Virus record (IMG/VR): IMGVR_UViG_3300042946_000263 | Location: 2,330 to 66,329 of that record | Source of the DNA: a virus | Reading direction: 5' to 3' (one strand) | Length of the DNA: 64,000 nt | Part shown: one piece after another, positions 44,388 to 55,600 of the stretch | How positions within the stretch are numbered: the stretch's first letter is position 1 | Layout of the letters: the number at the start of each line of letters is the position of its first letter | Program-made: the position numbers and the translations under genes | The notes under the pieces: generated by a model | What the model was told of the DNA's origin: nothing | What the model saw: the letters and a program-made list of their open reading frames with translations, nothing else | Databases searched by the model: none

Positions 44388-47102
44388 TTGGCTGTTACAA
44401 ATACTACTAGTATTACAAGCACTACCATTGGTATCCGCGAAGGTACGCAATTACAAGTTACTGAAAACAAGAATTCAAAAACTGTCGGAAATTATGTTAC
44501 CGACATTTCTATTCAGCCGTACATTAAAAACAGAATTGTCTCCTTTTTTGCATACAACATGCGCCCTGATCGAAGAGTTCATATTTTCTTCGATAGTGTT
44601 AACGTAGACGAACATTGTGCTCCTGGTTCAAGAGATGGTAACAACACATATGTTGTTCCAACAGACGGTGGAAATTACCAATCAGTTTCTAGAGTTGGCA
44701 ATTGGGGTTCTCCTGTTTATACAGATAAAAATGGTAGAGTAACAGGTCAGTTCAATCTTCCTGCAGGCACATTCAAAACTGGCGAAAGAGCTCTGCAGAT
44801 ATGTGACGTAGATAGCCTTGTATATGGTAACGATGCTATCACCACAGTTTCTTCTGCTATGTTTACTGCTTCTAACATAACAGTTTCTAGAGATACATTA
44901 ACTCTCACAACAGTTACACCAGAATTAAATTTTATACCTGTTTCTAATACATTCGTAAATACTGATACAACAGTTCTTACTTCTGTCATTGAAGATAACG
45001 TAACTATTTTACCCCCTCCGCCTCCACCTCAGCCTTTCCCATTTTGGTTGTTTCTTGAACCTGTAGCTCAAGCTCTTACTATCAACACCCCAAATGGAGA
45101 ATCAGGAATTTATGCTACATCTATAGATTTGTTCTTCAAACAAAAATCTTTAGTATCCGAAAGAGGCGTTAATGTTTACATTTGTGAAACTCAGAATGGA
45201 TATCCTAACGGTAAAGTCATATTACCTTTCTCCAAAGTTCACAAAACCTACAGCGAAGTAAATATAAGCGAAAACGGTACTGTAGCAACAAGATTTACGT
45301 TCGAAGCTCCTGTTTTCTTGGCAAACAAACAAACTTATGCATTCGTTGTAAGACCAGACAACAATGACCAGGATTATCAGGTATGGACTGCAGAGCTTGG
45401 CGACACAGACGTTAATACTGGATATCAAGTATTCAGTCAGCCAGTAGTCGGAACAGCTTTTTATGGTGCTACACAAGAACAGTGGACAGCCTTGCAAACA
45501 GAATATGTTAAATTTACTCTCAATAGAGCTAGATTTAACACACAAAAAGGTCAGGCTATTTTCATTAACACGAATACAGATTTTATTTCAGTATATAACG
45601 TAGGATATAGTAATTCTTCTTCTACAATTCTTGCAGGAGATTATGTTTATCAGTCTGACAATTCGACTCCTTCTACAGCTAATCTTAGCGTTAGTGGTAT
45701 TGTCAATTTCTATGACGATAACAAAAATATTCTATACGTTGATAATTCTACTGGTAATTTTTCTACCAATAAGTATGTACAGATTCATAGATTTGCTAAC
45801 TCTTCTGTAGTTTCTTCGCCGAACAACTCGACTATAGTTGCTTATGCTAATACAGGTTCCTTGTATAATCCTGTAGTTGATGCTCTAGTCCCTCAATTGG
45901 CGTACATTACTCCTCCAGGAACTTCTGTTGAATATTTCTATACGGGAACAACAAACAGTTATAGCATCGAAAGCAAAGAAACCAAGGTTATTCCTGGTTA
46001 CGAAAAGGAGATGTATGATTACGAGCGTATCGTAGCAAGTCGTACCAACGAACTTAACAGTATGTCTGGTAAATCTTTGTATCTCAAGGGAGTTATGTAT
46101 TCTGATTCGGAATTCTTGTCTCCTGCTATCGACACTGTAAGAAATCAACAGCTTGTCATTAAGAACGATATTGATCCTCTAGGTTTTGACTACGACGAAT
46201 ATTTCAATAACGGCAACGCCAGATCTAAGTACGTTTCTAAGATCATTACTCTTGCTGATGGTCAAGATGCTGAAGATCTTCAGATCATTCTAACTGCATT
46301 TAGACCAATTGGTTCTGACGTAGAAGTATGGGTCAAGTTCTTAAACGGCGAAGACACTGAATCTATCAATCAGAAAACTTGGTCTCCTTTGTATAATGTT
46401 GGTTACGGATTATATTCAGATCCTTCTGATCCTACAGACATGAAAGAATATGTTTATACAGTTCCTTCGTATTATGTTCCAGTTATAACTTCTGGTACAG
46501 TAACAGTATCAGGCACAACTGTCACTGGCACAGGAACTTCATTTTTGTCTGAATTGCAGCCAGGATGGTTTGTTACTTTCCTAGTTCCAAGTACAGCAGG
46601 TTATACAGAACAAAAGAGAAAAATTGTAAGTATTGCTAGCGATAGTTCTCTGACAGTATCTTCTAACTTTATTGGAACTTATACATCTGCAACAAGAATG
46701 TATCTTGCTCCTCCCCCAACAACTGCTTGGGTAGGTAAAGACGATAGAGTTGCTTTGACAGGAACTGTTTCTTCTTATACTACTAACAATTCTATTGTTG
46801 GTTCTGGTACATCTTTCACGACACAACTTTCAGTTGGTTCTGTTATAAGCGTTGGCTCAGATCAACAAGTAATTGTTTCCATTGCTAACAACACTCTATT
46901 GAGCGTTGGAACTCCTTGGTCAAGTGCTACTAGCGGAGCAACTGCTTATAGAGTGTCAAAACCAGGCCTTTCATACTATAACAGTTCAACTAACTTCTTT
47001 ACTTCGTTTAAGCAATTCCAGATTAAGATTGTTCTAAAATCAAACGATACTTCTAAGGTTCCGATTATAGACGATCTTAGAGCTCTAGCAATGCAGTTGT
47101 AA
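44388..47102 (+). CDS. VrlC/DUF4815 virion structural protein, C-terminal part
   Basis: TTG start with AGGAG; I.PY...R...F.A....P..R...FFD; P.AQ; F..F.IKIV.......P...DLRA.A. Confidence 0.85.
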   Translation: MAVTNTTSITSTTIGIREGTQLQVTENKNSKTVGNYVTDISIQPYIKNRIVSFFAYNMRPDRRVHIFFDSVNVDEHCAPGSRDGNNTYVVPTDGGNYQSVSRVGNWGSPVYTDKNGRVTGQFNLPAGTFKTGERALQICDVDSLVYGNDAITTVSSAMFTASNITVSRDTLTLTTVTPELNFIPVSNTFVNTDTTVLTSVIEDNVTILPPPPPPQPFPFWLFLEPVAQALTINTPNGESGIYATSIDLFFKQKSLVSERGVNVYICETQNGYPNGKVILPFSKVHKTYSEVNISENGTVATRFTFEAPVFLANKQTYAFVVRPDNNDQDYQVWTAELGDTDVNTGYQVFSQPVVGTAFYGATQEQWTALQTEYVKFTLNRARFNTQKGQAIFINTNTDFISVYNVGYSNSSSTILAGDYVYQSDNSTPSTANLSVSGIVNFYDDNKNILYVDNSTGNFSTNKYVQIHRFANSSVVSSPNNSTIVAYANTGSLYNPVVDALVPQLAYITPPGTSVEYFYTGTTNSYSIESKETKVIPGYEKEMYDYERIVASRTNELNSMSGKSLYLKGVMYSDSEFLSPAIDTVRNQQLVIKNDIDPLGFDYDEYFNNGNARSKYVSKIITLADGQDAEDLQIILTAFRPIGSDVEVWVKFLNGEDTESINQKTWSPLYNVGYGLYSDPSDPTDMKEYVYTVPSYYVPVITSGTVTVSGTTVTGTGTSFLSELQPGWFVTFLVPSTAGYTEQKRKIVSIASDSSLTVSSNFIGTYTSATRMYLAPPPTTAWVGKDDRVALTGTVSSYTTNNSIVGSGTSFTTQLSVGSVISVGSDQQVIVSIANNTLLSVGTPWSSATSGATAYRVSKPGLSYYNSSTNFFTSFKQFQIKIVLKSNDTSKVPIIDDLRALAMQL

Positions 47103-47104
47103 TC

Positions 47105-47320
47105 ATGGAAAATAAATATTATAAAACAGATTTCGAAGGTTTAATGAAAGACCCTAATAGCGGGGCAGTTCTCAACGTTGATAATACAAAACTGGATGCA
47201 TATAAAAAGAGAAAACAGTTTGTCGAAAGCAACATCAAGAACGTAGAGCGAATCAATAAAGTAGAAAATGACATCCAAGAAATCAAGGACATGCTTAGTC
47301 AACTACTAAAGAGAAATTAA
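47105..47320 (+). CDS. small conserved protein downstream of VrlC
   Basis: L.KD..SGAV.N...Y...; I.EIK.ML..L. Confidence 0.8.
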   Translation: MENKYYKTDFEGLMKDPNSGAVLNVDNTKLDAYKKRKQFVESNIKNVERINKVENDIQEIKDMLSQLLKRN

Positions 47321-47323
47321 TAA

Positions 47324-49558
47324 ATGACAGTTCTTATCGCAAATACCAGTAATAATCAAAACTTTGCTTACTGGCTAAACAGAACTAACGAACTTGCTTA
47401 TGCAATGTCGGTATATGCTGTTACGGCCAATGGCTCTAATGCTGCTGTTGGTAATGCTGGTATTACTGGCATTTTCAGCGCTAATGTTCTGAATTCTGCC
47501 TATAATGCGAACGTAGGAACTTATGTAGTTGTCGGTAATTTCAGTAATCCTGACGCCAACGCTGCATACGTAAACACAACCCATATCCACGTAGGTAACC
47601 AGACTTCTAATTCTACTGTCAACACCAGCACTATGAAGACTTACTCTGTGTTGGTTGGTTCTAATGTCGTTGTTAATACATCACAGATATTCATAGGCGA
47701 TAGTTCTGCTAACACTGTCTTGAATAAGAGCTATATGTATTTCAAGGCAAACGATACTGTTAACTCCACATTTAATTCTAATGGTGTATTGATTACCAAA
47801 GACGCTATTTCAGCGATTCTTTCTTACGATACTTTGTGGGTTGGTAATAGCGTTGTTAATAGCACTATTATAACCACAGCCAATGACATATCTACAGGTT
47901 TCACAGCCAATACAACTTCTATCCGTATTGGTTCTAATACGTTTGCTAATGATACAACTATTGTTACTGGTTATACTTCTACATCAAACATACTTTCGAA
48001 TTCTACATTCGTCGACGTAAGAAGCCCAACAGCTAATGTTAAGATTAATTCTGTATTAATCTCTCTTGCCAATTCTAGTAGCGTAGCAAATCTTACATCA
48101 GACAATCTTAGAATTGGTAATTCGTTTGTCAACAGTACAATTATTACTACTGGTAATGTTACTGTTAATACCACAGCCATTGTTGTTGGTTCTATAGTTT
48201 CTCCTGTTTTGGCCATTACGGCTTATTCTAATAATAATGTCACTATTTACGGTGAATCGAATTCTAATATTGGTGTGTCTGGTAGATCTAATTCTGCCCC
48301 TGGCGTTTATGGTAGATCTATAAGCGGCGTTGGAGCCTTTGGCGATTCAGAAAATTTCTATGGCGTATATGGTTTATCTAACACTTCTTGGGCTGGTTAT
48401 TTCGCTGCAAGAACAGGAAATCCATTATATGTTGGTAACACATCAACAGAATTCTTCAGAGTAGCTTCTAACGGTCATATTGGTATTGGTGGTATTGCAC
48501 CAACTGTGGCTATTGACATACAGTCATCTGTTCCTCAAGTCAGACTACGTGGAACAGGCACAACTTCAGAACTAAGAATTAATCCTGCATATGGCGGAGC
48601 AGCACTTGGTTCTATTGGTACTGTTGACACAACTCCATTTATGTTGTTTACTACCAACGTCGAGCGTGTTCGTGTTCTTGCCAACGGTAATGTAGGTGTT
48701 GGAACTACTTCGCCTGCATATAGATTAGAGGCAAACGGAACTATATGGGCTAATACATTTAACAGCGGTAAGGCTGGTGTTAATACCAGCATCAATTCTA
48801 CTGCTTTCTATGCCTACGCTAACAGTTCGTTCAGCACTCAAATTAATGCTACCGCTATTTCTTCAAACGCCAATATGGACGTTTATGGTAACGTTGTGTT
48901 TGGTGTTTCTCAAGCAGCTGGTACATACGTAAATGTCAAAGGAACTCTGGTTGTTAACGGGGACGTTACTGTTAACGGTAATATCACATACACTGGTAAT
49001 GCTATTGGTGATATTATTCCTTCGTCGAACGATCTTTATCAACTAGGTACAGTTAATAATAGATGGAGAATTAACGGTTCTACGCTTACTCTGTCTAATA
49101 ACGCTACATTATACCAGGCTCTTACTGTCAACACTAGTGTTACCATTGGTAACAATTCAACAACTTCATTTATTACTGTTTCTCCGCCAAATATTACTCA
49201 GAGAAACCACGGTAACACTTATCTAAACGCTAATGGTTTATGGACTGCTCTGCCAATAATTCCAGTGTCAAACAACGTTGTTGTTACTTCAGGCACAGGC
49301 CAGCAGTCAATCGATAGCGTAGCTCTTGGAACTTATGCATATGATTATGTGATCCATGTTGCAGATAGCTCTGGTAACAGAATGGCTACAAAGATTCTAG
49401 TGTCAACCAATTCTACAGCGATTAATTCTTCTGAATACGCTCAAATTGGTAATTTAGGCTCATTTACTACTGATGTAAGTGGCGGGGTTGGATACCTTTA
49501 CTTTACTCCTTCGGTTTCTTCGTCAACAGTAAGATTTACAAAGGTTCAGTCTTCCTAA
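47324..49558 (+). CDS. fibre/beta-helix virion protein
   Basis: F..W..RTNEL N-terminus; NGNVGVGTTSP repeats; Asn/Ser/Thr-rich. Confidence 0.8.
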   Translation: MTVLIANTSNNQNFAYWLNRTNELAYAMSVYAVTANGSNAAVGNAGITGIFSANVLNSAYNANVGTYVVVGNFSNPDANAAYVNTTHIHVGNQTSNSTVNTSTMKTYSVLVGSNVVVNTSQIFIGDSSANTVLNKSYMYFKANDTVNSTFNSNGVLITKDAISAILSYDTLWVGNSVVNSTIITTANDISTGFTANTTSIRIGSNTFANDTTIVTGYTSTSNILSNSTFVDVRSPTANVKINSVLISLANSSSVANLTSDNLRIGNSFVNSTIITTGNVTVNTTAIVVGSIVSPVLAITAYSNNNVTIYGESNSNIGVSGRSNSAPGVYGRSISGVGAFGDSENFYGVYGLSNTSWAGYFAARTGNPLYVGNTSTEFFRVASNGHIGIGGIAPTVAIDIQSSVPQVRLRGTGTTSELRINPAYGGAALGSIGTVDTTPFMLFTTNVERVRVLANGNVGVGTTSPAYRLEANGTIWANTFNSGKAGVNTSINSTAFYAYANSSFSTQINATAISSNANMDVYGNVVFGVSQAAGTYVNVKGTLVVNGDVTVNGNITYTGNAIGDIIPSSNDLYQLGTVNNRWRINGSTLTLSNNATLYQALTVNTSVTIGNNSTTSFITVSPPNITQRNHGNTYLNANGLWTALPIIPVSNNVVVTSGTGQQSIDSVALGTYAYDYVIHVADSSGNRMATKILVSTNSTAINSSEYAQIGNLGSFTTDVSGGVGYLYFTPSVSSSTVRFTKVQSS

Positions 49559-49890
49559 TGGCAACGAAAGCTAATCTCATAATAGATCAAGGTTCCACTT
49601 TTTCAGTGGAGCTTGACCTCACAGATGACAATGGAGATGCCCTTAACTTGGTTGGGTTTTCTGCGAACGCACAGATGAGAAAATGGTACACTTCTACCAA
49701 TGCTACAACTTTTAGCACTTCTGTTAATGTATATTCTGGACAGATATCTCTAACTTTGTCAGCAAATCAGACTGGCGCTTTGACAGCTGGAAGATATGTT
49801 TATGATGTTGAACTGACAGACACATCTTCGAATGCAGTTTCTAGAGTTGTTGAAGGCATTGTAACAGTAACCCCACAGGTAACGAGATAA
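49558..49890 (+). CDS. conserved structural protein (Ig-like)
   Basis: ANL.IDQG.TF...AQMRK.Y.S...GRYVYDVE...RV.EG.V.V.P.VT. Confidence 0.85.
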   Translation: MATKANLIIDQGSTFSVELDLTDDNGDALNLVGFSANAQMRKWYTSTNATTFSTSVNVYSGQISLTLSANQTGALTAGRYVYDVELTDTSSNAVSRVVEGIVTVTPQVTR

Positions 49891-49893
49891 TAC

Positions 49894-50163
49894 ATGGTAA
49901 ATGTTGTTGTTTCGAGAAAAAGAAACGTCAAAGTATCATCAAACGCTACTGGTGGCGTTATCGACACAACAGTTCCTGTGACCCTAAAGAATGCTCCAGT
50001 TTTATCGAGTGGGCTAGACACAATAGATGAATTAAGAGATGTAGGTCTGACTCAAAGATCAGACGGTTCTACATTAATTTATGACGATAGTACAGATACT
50101 TATCAAGTTAAACATTTGAATTTTGTTAATATAGATGGCGACTTAGATGGTGGAGTTTTCTAA
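49894..50163 (+). CDS. small structural protein
   Basis: L.DV......GS.L.YD...; LDGG.F C-terminus. Confidence 0.75.
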   Translation: MVNVVVSRKRNVKVSSNATGGVIDTTVPVTLKNAPVLSSGLDTIDELRDVGLTQRSDGSTLIYDDSTDTYQVKHLNFVNIDGDLDGGVF

Positions 50164-50203
50164 TTTTATAAATATATAAAAAATTCAAAGGAGCGCTATC
50201 TAC

Positions 50204-52048
50204 ATGGCCAATAACAGAATTCAGATCAAAAGATCGGTAGCTAACGCTACAGTTAGCGGTCTTTCAAATGGTGAATTGGCGTTCACCCAAGCTAGTAACA
50301 CCCTTCATATCGGCCTTCCTGACGGCTCTGGCGTACTACGAATTGGTGGCGCTCAATATCCAGGCATTCTGACCAATAACCATGCCCTTGTAGCTAACAC
50401 TTCTGGCGGTATTGATACAGTTATCGTAGATAATGCTATCGTCAAAATGCTTACTGCCAATGGATCTCCGGGTTCGAATGGTCAAGTTCTTGTTACCAAT
50501 GGTTCGGCCATCTATTGGGGAACAGGTACTTCTGGCGCTAACACTCAAATCCAGTTCAATGATTCAGGCGTTGCAAACGCCACAGCTGGTTTCACATTCA
50601 ATAAAGTCAGCAATAACCTTTTCATTGACAACACTGTATTCACAACAACAGTCAATGCCACAACAGTAAACGCTGCTTCTCATACTGTTGGATCCCTATT
50701 AGTCGCCAATTCTACTGGTCTGTGGACTCCAGCTGGTACAGTTAATGCAGCCATCGTAAGCATTGGTACAGATGTTGTTGCAAACGCTTCAGGCGTTTTC
50801 GCAGTCGGAACAGTTAATGCTTCTACAATAAGCGTAGGTTCAGTAGTTGTAGCAAACTCCACAAGACTACAATCTAATGGTCTAGCAGTAAATTCTTCTG
50901 GCGCTTATGTAACTGGTATCGTGAACGCCACAGCCTTTGACGCTGGTTCTATTGGAACAGGCGCTGGCGGTACAGTACAGAATACCACTACTTTCTTCGT
51001 AGGCAACAACACAGTTAATACCAATATTACTTCAGGTGGTATTGTTATTAATGGACTTACAACCGCTAACAACAGTGGTGTGTTTGCTGCAGGTATTGTT
51101 AATGCCTTTGCCCACACTGTTGGTACTGATCTTGTAGCCAACTCTTATGGTTTGTTCGCCGTTGGCGCAGTTAATGCTTCTATTCTTAGCGTTGGTACAG
51201 ATTTTACTGCCAATTCTACAAAGGTTGTATTCTCTGGTTCAAACGTTGACGCTACATCTGCAACTGCAGAATTCTTGAATGTCATCGTCCAGGGTAACAC
51301 CACTCTAGGTAACAGCACTTCAGACGAAATCCATGTTACTGCTCGCGTAACAGGCAACGTAAATCCATCTGCTAATACAGCCTATGATTTAGGTTCTAAC
51401 AGCCTAAGATGGAGAGAAATTCACGCTGCTAACATCCATTCTACATCTGGTTACTTCGATGGTAGCGTTGAAATTGCTGGCGATATTATCGTCTCTGGTA
51501 ACCTGGTAACAACTAACGTATCATCTGTTATCGTTTCTGATCCAATGATCTATCTTGCTGGTAACAACTATTCCAGCGATCTATTAGACATCGGTTTCGC
51601 TGCTAACTATCATGATATTGCAGCTAACACAAACCTACACACTGGTCTGTTCCGTGACGCTTCTGATGGTGGTATATATAAGCTCTTTACAGGTTCACAA
51701 CAAGAGCTATCAGGTAACAACGTTGTTAATACAGCTGCTAACGGTTATACCCTAGCAATTCTACAGACTTTCCTAGAGTCTGGTGCTATTGTATCTAACA
51801 ATACTACATTAACAGTTACTGCAAACTCAACTTGTAATGTTAATATTGTTGCTAATACATTAGCTCTATCTACTGCTCTCGCAGGAACAGAGGGTGGTAC
51901 TGGTTATAAGACGACTATCAATCAAGCATTGCTAGTTGGTAACTCTTCGAACGGCTATAATAGATTGTCTCTTGGAACTAGTGGATTTGTTCTTCAATCA
52001 AACGGAAGTCATCTAGTATACGATTATCTAGATGGAGGTAGCTTCTAA
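50204..52048 (+). CDS. fibre protein with Mtd-like N-terminus
   Basis: IQIKRS...L..GELA; HTGLFRDASDG; LDGGSF end; late promoter at 50167. Confidence 0.8.
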   Translation: MANNRIQIKRSVANATVSGLSNGELAFTQASNTLHIGLPDGSGVLRIGGAQYPGILTNNHALVANTSGGIDTVIVDNAIVKMLTANGSPGSNGQVLVTNGSAIYWGTGTSGANTQIQFNDSGVANATAGFTFNKVSNNLFIDNTVFTTTVNATTVNAASHTVGSLLVANSTGLWTPAGTVNAAIVSIGTDVVANASGVFAVGTVNASTISVGSVVVANSTRLQSNGLAVNSSGAYVTGIVNATAFDAGSIGTGAGGTVQNTTTFFVGNNTVNTNITSGGIVINGLTTANNSGVFAAGIVNAFAHTVGTDLVANSYGLFAVGAVNASILSVGTDFTANSTKVVFSGSNVDATSATAEFLNVIVQGNTTLGNSTSDEIHVTARVTGNVNPSANTAYDLGSNSLRWREIHAANIHSTSGYFDGSVEIAGDIIVSGNLVTTNVSSVIVSDPMIYLAGNNYSSDLLDIGFAANYHDIAANTNLHTGLFRDASDGGIYKLFTGSQQELSGNNVVNTAANGYTLAILQTFLESGAIVSNNTTLTVTANSTCNVNIVANTLALSTALAGTEGGTGYKTTINQALLVGNSSNGYNRLSLGTSGFVLQSNGSHLVYDYLDGGSF

Positions 52049-52065
52049 TTATCTGAGGATATATT

Positions 52066-52656
52066 ATGGAAGAAGAGAAAAACGACCAACAAAACCTCTA
52101 TACACTACATTACATCCAGAAGCAAGAACAATTGCTTCTGGATTTCTTGCGTAAGAACATCGACGCAGAAGTACGCATAGTAGCTCTCAACAACAATATC
52201 AATGAAGCTAATGCTCGCTATGAGGAATCTCAGAAGCAAGTAGCTCTTGGTAACGAATTACTGAATCAAGCAGCTGCTAGCATCGAAACGCTGACAGCTG
52301 AGAATGATCGTATTACTCGTCAGTTAGAAGCATCTAAAACTGATATTTCATCGCTACAAAGTAATTATACTGCTCTTCAACAAAAAAATCAAGAGATTAA
52401 TTCTCAAAAAGAGAGAATTATTAAAGAAGCTCAAGGCGAGAATCAGTTGAAATTAAATGAAGCTGGTATCCGTATTAAACAATTAGAAGATGAATTAAAA
52501 CTATGTAATTCTAGATCCGAAGAATTAAAAACAGAATACCAGCATCAAGTCGAAGAACTAAATAATTTATACACCGAGAATCAAAAGCTGAAAGGCGATG
52601 ATTCAAAAAAGGCAAAAAAGAAAGAACCTCCGGCAACATTGCCAGATGAATTTTAA
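52066..52656 (+). CDS. coiled-coil protein
   Basis: 196 aa, heptad-rich E/Q/K/N/L. Confidence 0.75.
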   Translation: MEEEKNDQQNLYTLHYIQKQEQLLLDFLRKNIDAEVRIVALNNNINEANARYEESQKQVALGNELLNQAAASIETLTAENDRITRQLEASKTDISSLQSNYTALQQKNQEINSQKERIIKEAQGENQLKLNEAGIRIKQLEDELKLCNSRSEELKTEYQHQVEELNNLYTENQKLKGDDSKKAKKKEPPATLPDEF

Positions 52657-52692
52657 TATCTCAGTATATACTGAGTTATAGGAGAGCCTAGA

Positions 52693-55600
52693 ATGGCAAA
52701 TACAGTTTTCAAACTGCGTCGATCATCAGTCGCAGGTAAAGTCCCAAATACATCTACTGTCGCAATCGGCGAATTAGCAATCAACCTTACCGATAAAAAG
52801 CTATTCTCGTCAGACGGTTCGCTAGTATTTGAGATTGGCGCCAATCTAACAGATCTCCAAGTATCAAATAATATCACAACATCAAACATCAATGTAACAG
52901 ACACAGCATTATTTCAGAATGTTGCTGTATTTCATGATGTAGCTATATTCGGCGCTATTAGTGCCAACAGCAGCAACGGCGCAGCAGGACTGGTTCTTAC
53001 TTCAAACGGTTCTGGGGTTTATTGGGCGCCAGCTGGTGGTAGCGCCACAGGTCCAGTGAGACAACAATTTACTGGCGACGGAAACACAACAACATTTGCT
53101 ATATCTGGTGGTTACGAATCTAATACTGTTTCAGTATTCTTGAATGGTGTTATGCTTCATAACGGTCTTGAGGCCAATGTTCAGTCTGGAGTCAACGTTG
53201 TTATTTCTCCTGCTCCTGCAAACGGTGCTTTGATTGACGTTGTTGGTTATTCTGTTATCACATCAACTTCTTATCTGACAATTGGTAATACTAGTATCTC
53301 TGGTAATGTAATATCAATCGGTAATTCTTCTGTTAACACTCAGATTGTTCCAGGAAACGTATATTTAAACGGTTCTACACTAGTCATTGGTAATACATCA
53401 AGCAATATTACCATTGATTCTACTACTATTAGTATTGCTGGTGCGACCATTAACACTTCGTCGTTTAGCGGAACAGCGAACAATACTCTTTATGTTGGGT
53501 CAGTTGCTTCTAATGACGTTGTTTCAAATACGAGCTTGCAAGCTAACCTAACAGTCATACGTTCTGATATAGCAAATTCATATTCTAATTCTGTTAATTA
53601 TACTAGTTTTGCTATAGGAACTGCTAATCTTGCTATGGTAGCGAACGCTGATGCAGCATATTCTAATGCCACCTCATACACTGACTCTAAAATAGCAACA
53701 GCTAACTCTGCTATAGTTGCTAACGCTTCTGCTGCATACAGTAATTCCGTATTTTATACTGACTCTAAGATTGCTACTGCTAATGCTGCCATAGTTGCTA
53801 ACGCTTCTGCAGCCTATTCTAATTCTGTAAGCTATGTTGATACCCAAATAGCAATTGCCAATTCTGCGATAGTCGCTAATGCATCATCAGCCTATTCTAA
53901 CTCTGTAAGCTATGTTGATAGTAAGATTAGCACCGCTAACTCTGCTATAGTTGCTAACGCTTCTGCTGCTTATTCTAATTCTGTGACGTATATTGACAGT
54001 TCTATTGGGGTTGCTAATGCTGGCATAGTTGCTAATGCTTCTGCAGCCTATTCTAATGCTGTGACGTATATTGACAGTTCTATTGGGGTTACTAATGCTG
54101 CCATAGTTGCTAATGCTTCTGCTGCATATTCCAACGCTATTTCGTATACAGATTCTAAGATAGCTACTGCTAATACATCTATGGTAGCCAATGCAGCAGC
54201 TGCTTATTCTAATTCTGTGACTTATACAGATACGAAAATTGCAACAGCTAACGCTGCTATTACTGGTAACGCTGCTACTGCTTATTCGAATGCTACTTCG
54301 TATACAGACTCAAAGATAGCTACTGCTAATGCTGCTATAACAGCTAATGCTTCTGCAGCGTATACTAACGCTACTTCTTATTCTTCTAATGCTTCTAATA
54401 TATCTTCTGGAACAGTAGCAGAAGCTAGATTACCATATAGAATGAACCAAGATGTTCGCAATACAGATAATGTAACATTCGGACAAATGACTTTGACGGG
54501 GAATCTGGTTGTTTCTGGTAATGTTAATATTATCGGCGCTAATAATCTATCGCTAGTCGATAATATGATTTATCTAAATTCTAACAGCACTGTCTCGAAT
54601 CCAGATATTGGTATTGCTGGTAACTATAATGATGGAACATATTATCACACTGGTTTCTTTAGAGATGCCAGCGATGGTATCTGGAAGGTATATGATAATT
54701 ATGCTCCAGAACCTGATGCTAATGTTTGGATTGACACTACAAATACAACATTTCATATAGCAAACTTCCAAGCAAATGCACTATTCCTAGGCAACACAAG
54801 TTCATTCTGGGTTGTTGCTAATACATCTGGTGTTCATGCTCCCGCAGTAAACACAGTTAATGTTGTAATAAGCGGCGGTATTTCTGCCAATGGAACTTAT
54901 GGTTCGGCAGGTCAATCTCTTGTTTCTAACGGAACAGGCGCTTACTGGGCAACTGCTGGCGCTACACTAAACGCTAACAATACAGACAGCTCAACGTATT
55001 ACATTGGTCTTTCTAGTGGTTCGTCAGGAGCTTGGACTAATGCTGTTGTTTCTACCAGCAAGTTGTATTTTGTTCCATCAACTGGTACGCTTACTGTTGG
55101 ATCTGCTACTGTTAATTCGACAAATTATTCTGGAACGTCCAACAACTCCGCTTATCTAGGCGGAACAGCAGCAGCTTCTTACTTGTTATCTTCTACTGCG
55201 TCATCGACTTATCTACCACTTTCTGGTGGTACAATTACAGGAACAACTACTGTTAATGGCGATGTTCGTATTTTCAAAAACGGCGCAGATTCTATTAATA
55301 GTCATTTATACTTTGCCAGTGCTGGTAACTCACAAGCATGGAACTGGCAGCTGGATTCAAGTGGTAATGCTGCTCTTTGGGGATATCCTAACAGCGCCGC
55401 ATGGTCTAAAGTTTGTTATTTTACTCCCACAGGAAATCTTTTCGCATCTAATGATATAAGTTGCGGTTCAAGATTTCACTTCACCGCAGCAGGAGCATGG
55501 ACAGGTGGCAGTTACGGCTTGATAGGAATGAACTGGGGCGGCGCAGCTGGTACATATAAAAACTTTGCTGTTTTTGATTATCCAAACGGTAGAGCCATGT

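Noticed and set aside
44355-44390. Stop read-through, intron or gene-60-like ribosomal bypass joining the VrlC halves
   Set aside because: Two in-frame TAA stops, a dedicated promoter and RBS, only 30 nt of gap and no matched take-off/landing codons.
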